In this document: positions 21,801-34,760 of the stretch, in pieces
Position numbering within the stretch: position 1 is the stretch's first letter
Layout of the letters: the number at the start of each line of letters is the position of its first letter
Assembly: GCF_964188315.1 (NCBI RefSeq)
Contig: NC_135657.1
Coordinates: forward strand, 83,328,001 to 83,392,000
Source of the DNA: Podarcis muralis
Lineage: Eukaryota
Reading direction: 5' to 3'
Length of the DNA stretch: 64,000 bases
Made by a program: the position numbers and the translations under genes
The notes under the pieces: generated by a model
Seen by the model: the letters and a program-made list of their open reading frames with translations, nothing else
What the model was told of the DNA's origin: nothing
The model's database searches: none

Positions 21801-24800
21801 CAGCTCCAGTCAGCACAGCCAATGATCAGAGATGATGAGAGGTGATGTTTGAGTACATTTTGGGTGGAGGTCATGCATTCCCCATCCCTCATACAGAAGA
21901 CTATCACTGCTTTAGGGCAGCCAATTTAAACACGTTGAAGCCCCATTCATTTCAAAAGGTGAAAGCTGAGCATATGCTTACCTATCCCATTGAACTCAAC
22001 ATGTTTTAAAAAATAGATTTAGCTGAATCTTCTTGGTTGAAAAATCCAACAAGGGCAAAGCTCAGAACCATATCTGAGACAGAGGGAGATGTTGAGGCAT
22101 GTCTGCATCCACTGTTTGTTTTCACACACAACTGGAAAACCCCTGTATAATCACAACCTGAAATAGCGTAGCCAAAAACTGGCATCACTGATGCACTGGT
22201 GACTTGGTCAAGCAACAAGATGTTTTAATGATGTGGGACACATACCTGTGTTGAAGAACTCCATTATAAATGAAAGTAATGTGGTATTTCTTTTTTTTTT
22301 AATGCACATTCCGATACTGTAGCTAAGAACACATTGTACAATCAAACCTATGAATTTAATTGACATCCTACAAAGCTGGCCACTTTTGCTGTATGTGAAA
22401 ACTGCAGAACATTAATTCCACATGTGTACATAATACTATTTCCTTCCCCCTTGGATCAGAATTTTTAAAAGCATTCTTCTAAGAGATAAATGCCTATTTT
22501 CTTGCATGGTGACTGATGGTCCCTCTCACATCTGGCAAGTCACAAGGGCCTCCTTTGAACACTAAAGTATGAAACCAGCTGTGTATGAGCCAGATTTGGG
22601 GGGTTGTTCCCCTTACATCTTATTTCTAAGCTACCTGCTCTACACTCCTCCACACCACTTAATGGCCTGTCTTGGATATCGCTCCCATGTGCCAATATGA
22701 CTGCCATTGTATCAGTTTCTATGTGCATATTATCTTCACAAATGTCCTGCAATGGTGTGTTTGAAGAAGACAAACCATGAGCTGACATCTGTCATAACAC
22801 TAAACCATACCATACGCCTCCTACTAATTTGATTATTTGCACCCTGCCTCTGTGGCAGGAGTAAGGTAGGAATGCAGCACCTGTGATTTCAGCTCCTTGT
22901 ATCACCAAGATGCTCATTCACATTTAACCATGATTTATTTTAACTATGGTTTAAAGTGATACGCAACCCAGACCTATCATAACAGACTAAAATAGGATTA
23001 TGAGTTGTGGAGGTTAAGCTGAAAGCCTAGTGGCCCTTCTAATTCTTGGAATAGCCCGGCTAGCTTCTTGTTGAGATAATGGGTCATTAAGGGAACAAAG
23101 GAAGGTGCTCTGTGAAGATACTAAATGGATGGGGACCTGTCCCTCAACTTGAGGTAGTTGGAAGGACAAATGCAGAGTTAGCACCCTGTTTATATTTTGC
23201 TCTGTGTGTCCTGAATTGCATGAATTACTCCTTCAATCAGTGTAGTGCCACTTAAACACATGTGACTCCTTATTTATTGCAATGTTTTTATTTTATAAGT
23301 ACATATTTTACTCACCAGTGATGTCTTTAGTTTCCCCACAATTAGGAACTTTGTGCATCATTTGTACAGCTTACAGTGTTTACTGGAAGCTTTCCTTTTT
23401 GCCCAGGTCTCCCTTGACAAAGATTTGGCTGTATTTTGTTCACACACAGTGTTTACTCAGTTATGTATTTGTGCTCTTACTTTGTAATTGAATTGCTATA
23501 TGTTATTGTTTTCCATAAACTGCTTAGAAACCTACTTTGAAGTGATATACAAAGGGAGAATATTTTTTACTTCCTAAAGATCTATATCATTTTAAGTTTC
23601 ATCCTCATGGAACAGTTGATTGTACTTCTAATCAGCTGTAAATCCCACCATACCATTGGTGACAGAAGCATATCTAGGCTATTTGTTTACTTTATTATTT
23701 ATATAATAATAACTGCCCAGATACACGTCTTGAACTTTGGAATAAAGGAGGTCTGAAACTTTATATGCACTTTCTCCTGCCATGAAGTTATGTAGCATCT
23801 CTACAACGGCTGTCTTAGAAACATCTGGGATAAATTTATTTAGTGCATTTAATTAGAATTATTTCTAACTTCTGGATCATCTTACACAAGCTTTAGTAAC
23901 TCAGTTTGACAGGGCTTATCCCACTATGTTGCGTGAACTTAAGAGGAAATGAGAAACAATCTTAAAACTGTTAGATTCTGGATTTCTGCAACTGCAGAAT
24001 ATTTACTCCTTGTACAGCTGCATAACACTTCTTAGGTCCAAGGACGGAACAAACTTCACACCTGCACTTAATTGAAAATTTGGGGATTATTTACTTAAGC
24101 ATTTATGCATAGCTCATTCTGCTACTAAAAGTATGTGCTGGGCTCAAGCAGCCGACCACTTGAATCGTCTCTTTCTGGTATCATCTGGTATACTTAGGAC
24201 CAATGTACAAGTGCCTTAGTGGCTTGCTCATTCTCTGCAAAGCATTATAAACAGAAGGCAATTTGAAGTGGGGGAAAGTGATGGGGTCATGGGGATGATT
24301 AACCTTTCTCTGTCTGCTGCTTTCCCCCTAACACTAACCCTCTTCCCCAGCTGATCTTCCCCTACCTTCTGACCCCTTTCAACACTTGGCTTCCATATAA
24401 TATTTACACAATGTAATACTGATATAGCATTTATTTGCTCGTGGAGAGACAACCACAGGAAGAGCTAATTTCATGCTATATAACCATTTACCTCCATGAA
24501 TTCTGTTGTATGTTCTGTCACACTCTATTACACATTTGGTGCCAGGAAAAACATATCTGGTACTAGGAAAAATATTTGTGGTCAATACTTCTGCAGCCCA
24601 CACAGATAGAAGATTACCCTTCTTGAAATCCGCACGTGCCGAGCCCTTAACCAATATATCCCACATCTGGCTGGGCTGGGGCTGGTGATCAGCTTGCTTG
24701 TAAGCTAGGTCTCCACATTATTTGATGTTAATACAGGATCACAGAATCCCCCGAGGGAGTTGCAATAGAGGCGATAGAAGAGAACTTTGCCAAGCTATGT

Positions 24801-25413
24801 CTGTGCAAGCAGGATTAAGGGGACGAGGTGCCCTCCAACTGTGTTGGACCAGAACTCCCATCAGCCCCAGCTGGCATGTGCTGGAGAACCTCAGGTTGGG
24901 AAAAGCTTTTCCATACTAATCTTGAGGGGGTTTCAGCAATACCATTGACATGACATACGGCATACAAGCGACAGGTGAAGATTGCAGCTAGCAAACAAAG
25001 GTGTTTTTATTTTTATTTTTAAGAGACATATTGCACTAGTTTGTGACTTTAACCAAGGTTATGTGATTGCCAGTCCAAAGATGGCATTGTACAGGTTTCT
25101 CCTGCTCTATGACTTTCCCAAGAGTCACTGTTGGGAACTTCTAAGATCTACCACCCCAAAAAACATCTGTTGATACAGTGCTGTGAATTCCCATTTGTGG
25201 AAAACGTCACATTTTCATTAAGTTGTGCCTTCCTAGGAGGAAAGATAATATATTACTATATTAATGGTGACAGTAGGATTTCAGGATGGTGTGACCTTTT
25301 CATCACAGTACAAATACAATAATAAAAAATAGATACAACCCTTAAAACAACTTAGAATCTCAAGTTGAAATTTCTGAGTAAAGAAGAGCATGTGCCAGGC
25401 AAGTGTCTTTAGA

Positions 25414-25750
25414 GGTAAAGGTAAAGGGACCCCTGACCATTAGGTCCAGTCGCAGACGACTCTGGGGTTGAGGCGCTCATCTCGCTTTATTGGCCGAGGG
25501 AGCCGGCGTACAGCTTCCGGGTCATGTGGCCTAAGCTGCTTCTGGAGAACCAGAGCAGCGCACGGAAACGCCGTTTACCTTCCCGCTTAAGTGGTACCTA
25601 TTTCTCTACTTGCATTTTGACATGCTTTCGAACTGCTAGGTTGGCAGGAGCAGGGACCGAGCAACGGGAGCTCACCCCATCGCAGGGATTTGAACCGCCG
25701 ACCTTCTGATCGGCAAGTCCTAAGCTCTGTGGTTTAACCCACCCACGTCT
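25414..25750 (-). mobile_element. Sauria SINE
   Basis: Family match; flanking direct repeat GTCTTTAGAG at 25405-25414 and 25747-25756. Confidence 0.9.
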
Positions 25751-27649
25751 TTAGAGAGGGCATTCCAAAACCCACACTGCCACTTTTCTTTTATTATTGA
25801 GTAACCTAGCTAAGATAAAGAGAACCTGAAAGGGCCTTGGCAGTGTTTCTTGAAGACAGCCTGATTTGCGTTCTGGTGAACAATGTTCTTCTACTGTTCC
25901 AATTAATTTCAGTGGGGATTTCATTAAACTTTCCAGGGTACTTTTCCCAAACACTCATTTAATCAAATGAGGAGACTGGGTTAGCGTGATTTGTTCCTTG
26001 TACTCACACTGAAACATTTGAGTTAGGCAACGTGTACAAAATAAAATGGTTCATGACTTGGTTTAATTAGTTCTTTGATAGAGGAGTTAAACTGATTCGT
26101 AAATCAGGACCCCTCTTTTTTTATAAATCAATAAAGCTATTAGCTCATAACTGGCCTTCTTTGAAGCACACCACTTTTGCATAAGTCATTGGCTATAATT
26201 TCTTTGAAATATACTCAACAGACTTCATTCGGGATCCCTTGCTAAATGTCATCCAGCCCATTATTCCATCAGCCCCATTATTTACTTTACTGCTGACTGA
26301 AACATGAGTTTAAAAAAAATAAATCACAGGAGCACACGTGTCTTGGCAATGAACTAAACTCACACCCAACCAGTCGTACATGGCATTTCTAACTGCCTCT
26401 TAAAGCACACATCTTAGATGTGCATCTGTCAAATCCAGAGTTTCCAAAAAGAGAATAAATAAAATAATTGGCAGTCCAAAATGCCTGCCTCCAACACCAT
26501 TATCGCATTGCATTTTGCTTTTTGTAGAGTGGAGCTGTTGTGAGTAAACCCCAGCCTACGCACACATTTGCCTATAAAAGACTTGTTTGCATTTTCAAAA
26601 TGTTCAGTGAGCACAATAGCTGACATGAATCAATGCTCTGGTGTTTTATTCTTAAATCTGAATCCTGTCAGCAGATATAAAATCCAGCAATCATGGTGTC
26701 TGCAAAGCCGGATAGAGGTTTAGTTGAGGGCACACTAAACCTACATACATAAAACTGGGTAAACAGTCATAACCTATTCTTGGGAGACCCTGGGGTGCAT
26801 AGTTCTTTGGAGAAGGGTGTCGAACAGAAAACATAGCATCTCACCAAGCTAGTTCTCTGAATCCCTTGGTGAAAACCATGGCAGTTAATGCTTCCAAGTT
26901 TGCAGATGTGACAATTTAGAAGTGACTTGGAAGATAGCATAGCCTACCCAGGACATGAAAAAGAATAAATAAAACACAGGGCCCAAAATTGAGCAGATCT
27001 CATGTGGATGCAGAATTTTGCCCATGCAGAAGCTTTCTGAATGTGTGTTTTATGAAAACAATGGGTAGTGCTCGTTTCAGAGAAGCACTTCCTCTCATAG
27101 AAGTGCATCCATTCAACTTTGGCTAATATTCCAAAAAAGCTGAGTCCTACTGCTATAGTGCAGTGTAGCCATTGCTCTCAACAGAAATACTCACTCTTCT
27201 TCAGTATAGAGTGTGTGAGAGAGTGTGAGTGTGTGTTTGTACACGCACAGGTTTTTTAAAATTTTAAAAACTTAGCAAAATATTAATGGGCTATTTTAAT
27301 TTGATGTAAACTATCCACAATTTTCACTTGAAACAAATCAATGATAACCAAAATATACAGCAATGGTGTGCATCCCCCCCATCAATAATATGCATCCATA
27401 TTATTTTAAACATTTTATACATCCACACGATACAGCTTTTCTGCAATAGCCCAGATGGATGCTCATTATATTCTGTGCTTAGATGCAAATTGGGCCTGTA
27501 GTCCCTTGTTCAGTTCAAAGAATTCACTTGCATATATCTCTCATTACCTACTCAGTTTTGAGCAACTAATATGAGTAGCAGGTGAAGCAGCAGATAGGAT
27601 TTAAGACCCTAATCCACCTAGGATCGGGATATTCTAAAGGATTGTCTTC

Positions 27650-28000
27650 TCCCATGTGAACCTGCTCACTCATTAAGATCTACTGGAGAGACTCTGCTTT
27701 CTTTCCATCTGAAGAGTGCTTAGCTGGGATGCAGAAGGGAGTTGTCCTGTAGCCACACTGAGGGTTGTGGAACTCGGTTCTGAAGGAGACCTGCACAATG
27801 GCCTTGCGCCACCTCACAAAAATGTTTGCCATTTTGCAAGAACTGGCCTGCCAAACTGGCCTGTTGTCATTTTAAACTTCTTGGTTTCCATCTACTGTCT
27901 TATGATCTCTTGCCAGTATTTTATCTTGCAATTTTATTCTGAGTATTTCCTATTTTAATCTGTGTTATAAACTGTCTTGAAAAGTGCATTGGAAAGGTGA
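27650..28000 (+). mobile_element. Probable L2 3' end, degenerate
   Basis: CCCATGTGAACCTGCTCACTCATTAAGATCT… then T-rich tail ending GTTATAAACTGTCTTGA. Confidence 0.4.
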
Positions 28001-29893
28001 TGCTGGACTGTTCCTCAAGAGCATAACTTTTTTCTTAAGTGGTTTGCTTGAAACAATAGTTTTCCATGAATGTTTGCATCAGGCTTTTATGACAAAGTGG
28101 GCTTATAACCTTAAGAGTGACCTAAAGCTATGGGCAGTTTGCTAAAGCTTCTGCGACCAAGGAGAGTGATTCTCAGTTCAGGTACTTAAAATCTAGCTTC
28201 CATGTACAGTGTGCTATTCCGTGATTTTTACTACAGACAAAGATTTTCCCATAATCAACAAATATAGTAACTTTGTATTTGAAAACTTTATATAATTTTT
28301 CTTTTCAACACAGTGATAGTACTGCCTGGCTATTTGGCAGAACCAAATTCTGAATCCAAAATCCGCACACACAGTTCTGAATGCTGGGCTCACAGTAGCA
28401 AAAGATGAAACACAGAGGCTTGTTCCCATGCATACATTGCCTTTGCCAGATTGACAAATTGTCCCCAAATTTGTGACCTTGCTTCAATACAAACATTGCT
28501 TTTGCTGCATTATTGAAACCTCACCCGCTACTGTCCATTAGTAAATCGAGAACCATCTAATCCAAAACAGAAAAATGTTGCCGTTTAATGAAGTAATTGC
28601 AATGACTTCTAGATTCAGTGGAAAGTACAGGTAGGCTATATAAGATGGCCCAGCCAGAAATTTAACACCATATGGTTGTTCTGCATTTTCACTTGAAAAG
28701 TCAGTAAAATATTTTAGAAATCCCAGCAAAGAAAACTGCAGCGATACCACAAACTAAGAATCTTAAAATGTATACATCATTGCATAGTAGAAAAATATAT
28801 AATCAAGACATTGCAAAGTTTGGACAAAACATACATGCGTAGGGAATGAGAATTAGTTATCTAAATGAAAGAGAAACGGCAGCATTAACAATTAGCAATC
28901 AGCCAAAGTTAAGCATCTGTTTAAAGCTCTCCCTTTCAAATGAACAAAGACTTAAACACTTCATAAAACATGCGCTTACCTGTCTCGCTCAAATAAAAAG
29001 GTTTTTAAGGCTGCAACCCTATGCATTTACCTGGAAACATGCCCCAATGAACTCAATGACACTTGCTTCCATGTAAATATGCATAGGATTATTTGTCACA
29101 AAATATAATTTGAATGCTAGTTATTTTGTTGGCAAATGCTATCTAAGAATTTTTGATAGTTGGTGTACAATATATTTGACATTTTATAAATGACATGCAA
29201 CGGTATTGAGTATTATATAGTTTACAACTTATCAGATTTCATAGTTGATGGCTGCCAAAGTCACAACAACCAGTATATGCCAACAAGACTAGAGCACTTA
29301 AGTGTTGAGGTAAGATTTAACATTCAAAATGTAAATGTAAGTTCAAATTTCAAACTCAATTTCACTCTGGAAACTGGGCAAAAAACTGAATTTTTGCAAA
29401 ATTGTGAATATTGGTGATATTCATCTAGGACTATGTACTAGTTGCAGTTTGTCCTATACCTTTTTGCAAATTGCAATGATTGCAGTTTAGATAAGAGCCA
29501 GATTATGAAGAACACTGCTACTTTTAACCTCTCATCTGGCTTTTCTTGTCCACCCTGACCTTGAGTGAAAAAAGGCCTACTCTAGGCTCCATCTTAGCCT
29601 ATACCATGTTTCCTTCCTTTCTGAGGATCTTCTCTTGCTTTGCAAGGCGTTTTTCTCTGACCATCCACTGCAGGGGGGTTCTGTTACTGTTGCTTTAAAA
29701 ACTATGGTAGCATTCCTACCACTGAGGTATTCAAATTCCTATGGGCCAGAAGAGCCCACCATGCAATTCAACAGTTCCTAATGCCTCTTCCCCATGGCAC
29801 TGTGTGGGTAAGCTGATGCTTCATGCTGTCTTAAGTTGGGAGGCAGCCAATTCAGCTCCTGTTTTACTGCCCAGCAAGAAATAGGGCAAGTAA

Positions 29894-31184
29894 TTTATTT
29901 TCTACTGTAAACTCAACATCACATTTCAGACCGAGGTGCATGAGAAAAACAGATGCCTTCAACTTTAAGATGCCTGCTTTTCACACACTTGCATTTAATA
30001 ATAATAATAATAATAGCAATAACCAGATACCTTTTTCTGGTACAAGTTGTCTTGAATAAAATTTAGCATTTTTCATTTTGTGACTGCGTGAGTGTAGCTG
30101 TTTAAAAACCACCTCAGTTTGCTTTGTTTGTGCCATTATTCAGTATTGTGTAGAAGAGGGGATTTCGGCAAGCCTAGCTTGTTGTGCCCCCTATCTGTTG
30201 GAAATTCTCCCTTCTACGCAACTGTTTAAAAGGTGCTAAAGAGAATAGGGCTCTTGCATCTGTAGCTAGGACTTGACCCTGTGCCATTAAAGTCAGCAAT
30301 ACTTGCAAATTAAATGTTAGAATAAAATGTGTCATAATCTAAACTGGTTTTTGTCAATCCAGTGCTTTCCAGATGTTTTGGACCACAACTCCTACTAGTC
30401 CTAGCCAGCATGCCTGTGCCGTCTGGATCTGATGGGAATTGTAATCCACAACATCTGGAGGGCACCAGGTTGGCAAAAACTGAACTAAAAGGAATGTAAG
30501 GCTTTAGATAATGATATATTTTCTAAAACTTTTTTTTAAAAAAAACACATCTTATTTTAATGTACAAATAAAGAACTATATACTCCTAATTTTTTTCCTC
30601 CAAATAAATCTGATCTCATTTAAATATTTATTTAGAAAATGAACATTAACGTTTACATGTTTTAAGTTCTTAATGTTACTGAACCACATCCAGAAATTTA
30701 GCACTTATATTTGATCCTTCTGTCTCTGGATACAGAAGTCTGGACTGCAATACTATACAAACTTACCTAGAAGTAACCCCCATTGAACTCAATGGGAATT
30801 ATTTCTAAGTTTACATTGATAGGAATGTGCAGTTAATCCCTGAACTTTAATGGGTGCAGGAGAACATTTGGCTCTGACCTGGAATAAGCATTTCAGACAG
30901 ACTCTCTGGGGAGAAGTCTGGCTCTTCCTGATAATCATTTGGAGATGGCAAGTTCCTGCAAGAGTTCTAGACCTATCAGTGTGTTTTTAAAAATAAAATA
31001 AAATAAACTGATAGCTGTCACAGGGCCCAATCTCAGTTCTCCAAATTAGAACTCATCCCCTTTTCCTATCAGGTCTCTGCCTCCAATGAGTGGAAGTGAG
31101 GAACTTCCCCATCCTGATTTCCCTTGTGTAGGATGGCGAGATCAATAATACTCTTAGAAGTGCAACATGGGTAAGATGCCCACA
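29894..31184 (-). other. CD109: CD109 3' UTR (extent uncertain)
   Basis: Follows the stop codon. Candidate minus-strand AATAAA at 30627-30632 and 29894-29899; ATTAAA at 28584-28589. The true end needs RNA data. Confidence 0.4.
30345..30483. mobile_element. Palindromic hAT-like MITE in putative CD109 3' UTR
   Basis: TTCCAGATGTTTTGGACCACAACTCC…GATGGGAATTGTAATCCACAACATCTGGAGGG. Confidence 0.55.
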
Positions 31185-31357
31185 TTAGAGCAACCAACTA
31201 TACAACAGGCTTACATGTACTATTAACAGTTCACAAGAGAGGTAAATTAATGAAGAGCCATCTGCTAAACAAAGATCACATTCATCCTTTTCACAGAAGG
31301 TGCATGGTGACAAACTCTGCATCACTTCGGAGTTGTAGCTTCTCACTGCTCTTCTCC
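31185..31357 (-). CDS. CD109: CD109 last coding exon: RRAVRSYNSEVMQSLSPCTFCEKDECDLCLADGSSLIYLSCELLIVHVSLLYSWLL*
   Basis: CAACAG acceptor, phase 1, TAA at 31185-31187; Cys cluster then hydrophobic GPI-signal-like tail. Confidence 0.94.
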
Positions 31358-32221
31358 CTGTTGTGCGAGATTGGAGGAGTACCATTCACTACAAATCATA
31401 CTTAAGACATTTTGGTGAGATATATTTGCATAAAGCTGAAGAGAATGTCTGAAAAGCTACACAGCTTTCATGGAAATCAGACCACTAAAATCCACAATGT
31501 GAAGTGAATCTATTTGACTTTGTCTTGAGAAAGCCAAGGGGCCCTAAATGATGTGTGTTCTGCAATGAAGTTCAAAATATTTTGCTATGGCACTAATTCA
31601 GGCTACAGAACTAAGCAGAAGCAAAACACTGGCGTGCATCCTAAGATACGTTAACTTAAAGAAGTTCACAGAAGGAGGGTTTCCTATCCCATCCCAACTA
31701 TGTGTGTCTCTCCAAATGTCCAAAGTGTTTCTCTGTGGGGTTAGGACTTTCCAAACAACAGCAGTCCTGGGGGAATTGCTCAAAATTAGGCCTTGATCCA
31801 AATGTAAGTTAACTTAAGGAGGTTCATGGAAATGAAGTTTATCATCCTTTTCTCAGCAGCTCCCCATGCCTCACTGTTTTGGAGGGCCCTCCCAATAAGA
31901 TTTTCAGCAGGTGCTGGGGGAGGAAGGGATGGGAAACTTTCTTCCCTTAAATTCCTAAAAGATAATTTAACTAAGGATCCAAGAGCAATTGTTCCTGCCC
32001 ACCTCACCTCACGGTGTTTATCCTGTAAGAAATTCACCAAACTACATTCTGGAAGAATTTGTTTGTTCATCCCCCCCCCCCCTGTGGTATTTGATACTAG
32101 GGTATTTTCCATTTAATATGGTTCTTTTCAAGCTTAAAGGAGTCAATTCTTCACTTTAAGTAACTACAACTGCTTATTCCAGCACTGAATATGAGATATG
32201 TCAAAAACAATTGGCACTTAC

Positions 32222-32324
32222 TGGGTTCATAATAATCCACCACAGTCACAGAGGCATCCTGGGTATTTGCCACTTTGAAGTCTCTCACAGCTGGAATGTC
32301 TACACAAACCTGTGTTTCATTTAA
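32222..32324 (-). CDS. CD109: CD109 exon, 103 nt: LNETQVCVDIPAVRDFKVANTQDASVTVVDYYEP
   Basis: TTTTTAG acceptor, GTAAGT donor, phase 0-1; DYYEP motif. Confidence 0.96.
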
Positions 32325-32439
32325 CTAAAAAGTAAAAAGAAAGAAAACTTTCAAAGACTTTTTATATACTCCTAGGGTAAAGGCATGTAGCTGACCAGAT
32401 GAATTAATGTCCTAACTTCTTGTTACTAAAATACAGCAA

Positions 32440-33150
32440 CATTAACTGGTTCTGCTGGATCAGAATGAAGACTCCTCTAGTGCAGCATCCTGTTCTCTCA
32501 GTGGCTACAGATGTGGTTTGCATAGAAGCACTTCCTGCTTGCCTGTCCTAAACCTTCCAACATTCAGCTTCATTGGAAGAGCCCAGTATTATGAGAAGTG
32601 GGGGAAGGATTTCTCTCTATTCGCTTTATCCAAAACACACATAATTGTATATACAACTATCATGTCCCATCTTACATATCTGAACTCAAAAGCCTTTCCT
32701 CATAGCAGAATTGTTCCCGCTTCATTATCATTTTGGTTACACTTTTATGACCCCCCCCCCAACCCTACAATACTCTTTTTAAGATGTAGCAACCAGAAAT
32801 GAACTTAGAATTCCAAGAGTAAAAATATATAGTTTTCTTTTCAGCCCCTTTCCTAATGATCCATCTAACATGAAATTCACTTTTTTTCAAAGCAGCCACA
32901 CACTAGGTCAACATTTTTATCAAACTATCCACCATGATGCCTACATCTCTTTCCTGACCAGTCACCTCCAGATCAAACCACATAAACGTAAATGTGAAAG
33001 TATGGGTTCTTTTGCCCCAATGTGCAATGCATTCCTCTTTGTACACAGAACACTTTGCATTAACCAACACATATAGCTGAACACATCCTGGCAGTGTGGA
33101 TCTTTCATCGGCCAGTAGGAGTGGGCAGATTAGACTGCTGGAGCAGACTC
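32440..33150 (-). mobile_element. Degenerate CR1 LINE fragment in CD109 intron
   Basis: Antisense CR1 3' end (CTGCTGGATCAGAATGAAG…CTCTAGTGCAGCATCCTG) and upstream ORF2 remnants. Confidence 0.55.
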
Positions 33151-33586
33151 ATATATGAACTCATATACAAACATTAGTGCTAGTCCAGGAAAAAAATGTT
33201 CCATATTTGGGGGCAGAGACACACAACCCCATTAATTGCTGCTCCTTCAACACCTTGTGCAAAGAGTGCACACTAGGAACACCATATGAATCCATATTTC
33301 ATGTGCTTAATACTGGTGTTTCACTGAACACTAAAAGGTCATAAACAACAAACATGTCTTTAAAACAAAATAGTATTCCAAGTATACAGCTTTAACCAAA
33401 ACCCTACTTTGGAGAAAGTAGTGCATGCCCTATGAGAATATTGCCCTGTTTTATCAGTTTCAGAAAGATAAATTTATTTTTTTGTTTAAACTTCGTAAAA
33501 ATGTGATATCTGAATTTAAAGGGCAGGGGGTAGTAAAAAAATTTTTAAAAAAATTATTTAAACCCTCATCCAGTATTTTGACTTAC

Positions 33587-33743
33587 GGAGTCCAGATATA
33601 AATGGACTTTGCCTTCCGCCTTCTCCACTTTCTTAACTGGATCATCTAATGACACGAAACTGGGTGACAGAGAGAAGCCGCTCAGTAATCCAACCTCTAT
33701 GAGGGCCATGCCACTCCTTGAAGATGAGCCAACACCCAAATAC
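33587..33743 (-). CDS. CD109: CD109 exon, 157 nt: YLGVGSSSRSGMALIEVGLLSGFSL…KVEKAEGKVHLYLDS
   Basis: GTTAG acceptor, GTAAGT donor, phase 2-0; SGMAxxEVxLLSGF motif. Confidence 0.96.
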
Positions 33744-33984
33744 CTAACAGACAAAAAAGGAAACAGAATAGTTTACATAGAAATAAACTTACTCAAACAT
33801 TCTATTGTAAATACTCTATGTAAAAGTATGGGACACTTCATATGCTTAACTGAATAGGCAGCTCCATTAGCATGGAGGAATGTGACTTTTCATGCACCCC
33901 AACAATGTCTACAAGTATAATCTATCTACAATGGGACATAACCTGCATGTGATTTGAATGTCTTTCCACCCTTTTAAAGGGAAG

Positions 33985-34760
33985 GATTATGTTGATGACA
34001 TGTACATGCACATTATTCTGAATGGGGTTATACTCTCTCTGAAGAAGCAACGTGGGGATATTTCTGGAACCATTACTGTGGCTTGCGGCACAAGTGGCCT
34101 TGGGGCACCAGGATAGCCTAACCTCCGTTGATGAAGCTCTGGATCAAATTATTACAATGTGTTATATATGAGGCTGCCTTTAAACTGCAGCTAATGCAAA
34201 ATTCAGCAGCAAGATTGCTGATCTGAGCCTATGAAACCAATTCTGGCACAATTGCATTAGCTATCAATTAGTTTTCAGTCTTGAGTCAAAGTGCTTGTTT
34301 TGACTTCAGGACACCAATACCTCAAGCACCGCCTCTCCCCAACCTACTCAGACACTGCTTCGTCAGAAGAGGCCCTTCTGTGTGCTTCCTCCAAGGAAGA
34401 TGCAGAAGGTGGCAATGAGCCTTCTCAGTGGTGGCTCCCTACTTATGGAATGCTTTCCCCAGGAAAGTCTGCCTGGTACCATCATTGTTGGCTTTTAGGC
34501 ACCAAGCTAAAACACTCCTGTTTATCCATGCCTGTGACTCTTAATTGGGAGGGCAGTGAGTTCTACTTTTAGCCTGCCTTCTTCTTTTAAGGAGGTGGGT
34601 AGGATTTGTTCTTTTATAAACGTTCTTAGATGAATATGTATAGGTATTGTGTTTTATTGTTATTTTATATGGGGTTTTAATTTATTTTATGCTCTAAGTG
34701 GCTTTGGGACAATATTTTGTGTTTGAATAGCGACCATTACATAGAATGGATGGATGAATA
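33985..34760 (+). mobile_element. L2 LINE 3' fragment in CD109 intron
   Basis: Frameshifted remnants of LDYCNxLY…LQLMQNSAARLL…LxxLHWLP…KVLVLT followed by a T-rich L2-type 3' UTR. Confidence 0.65.
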
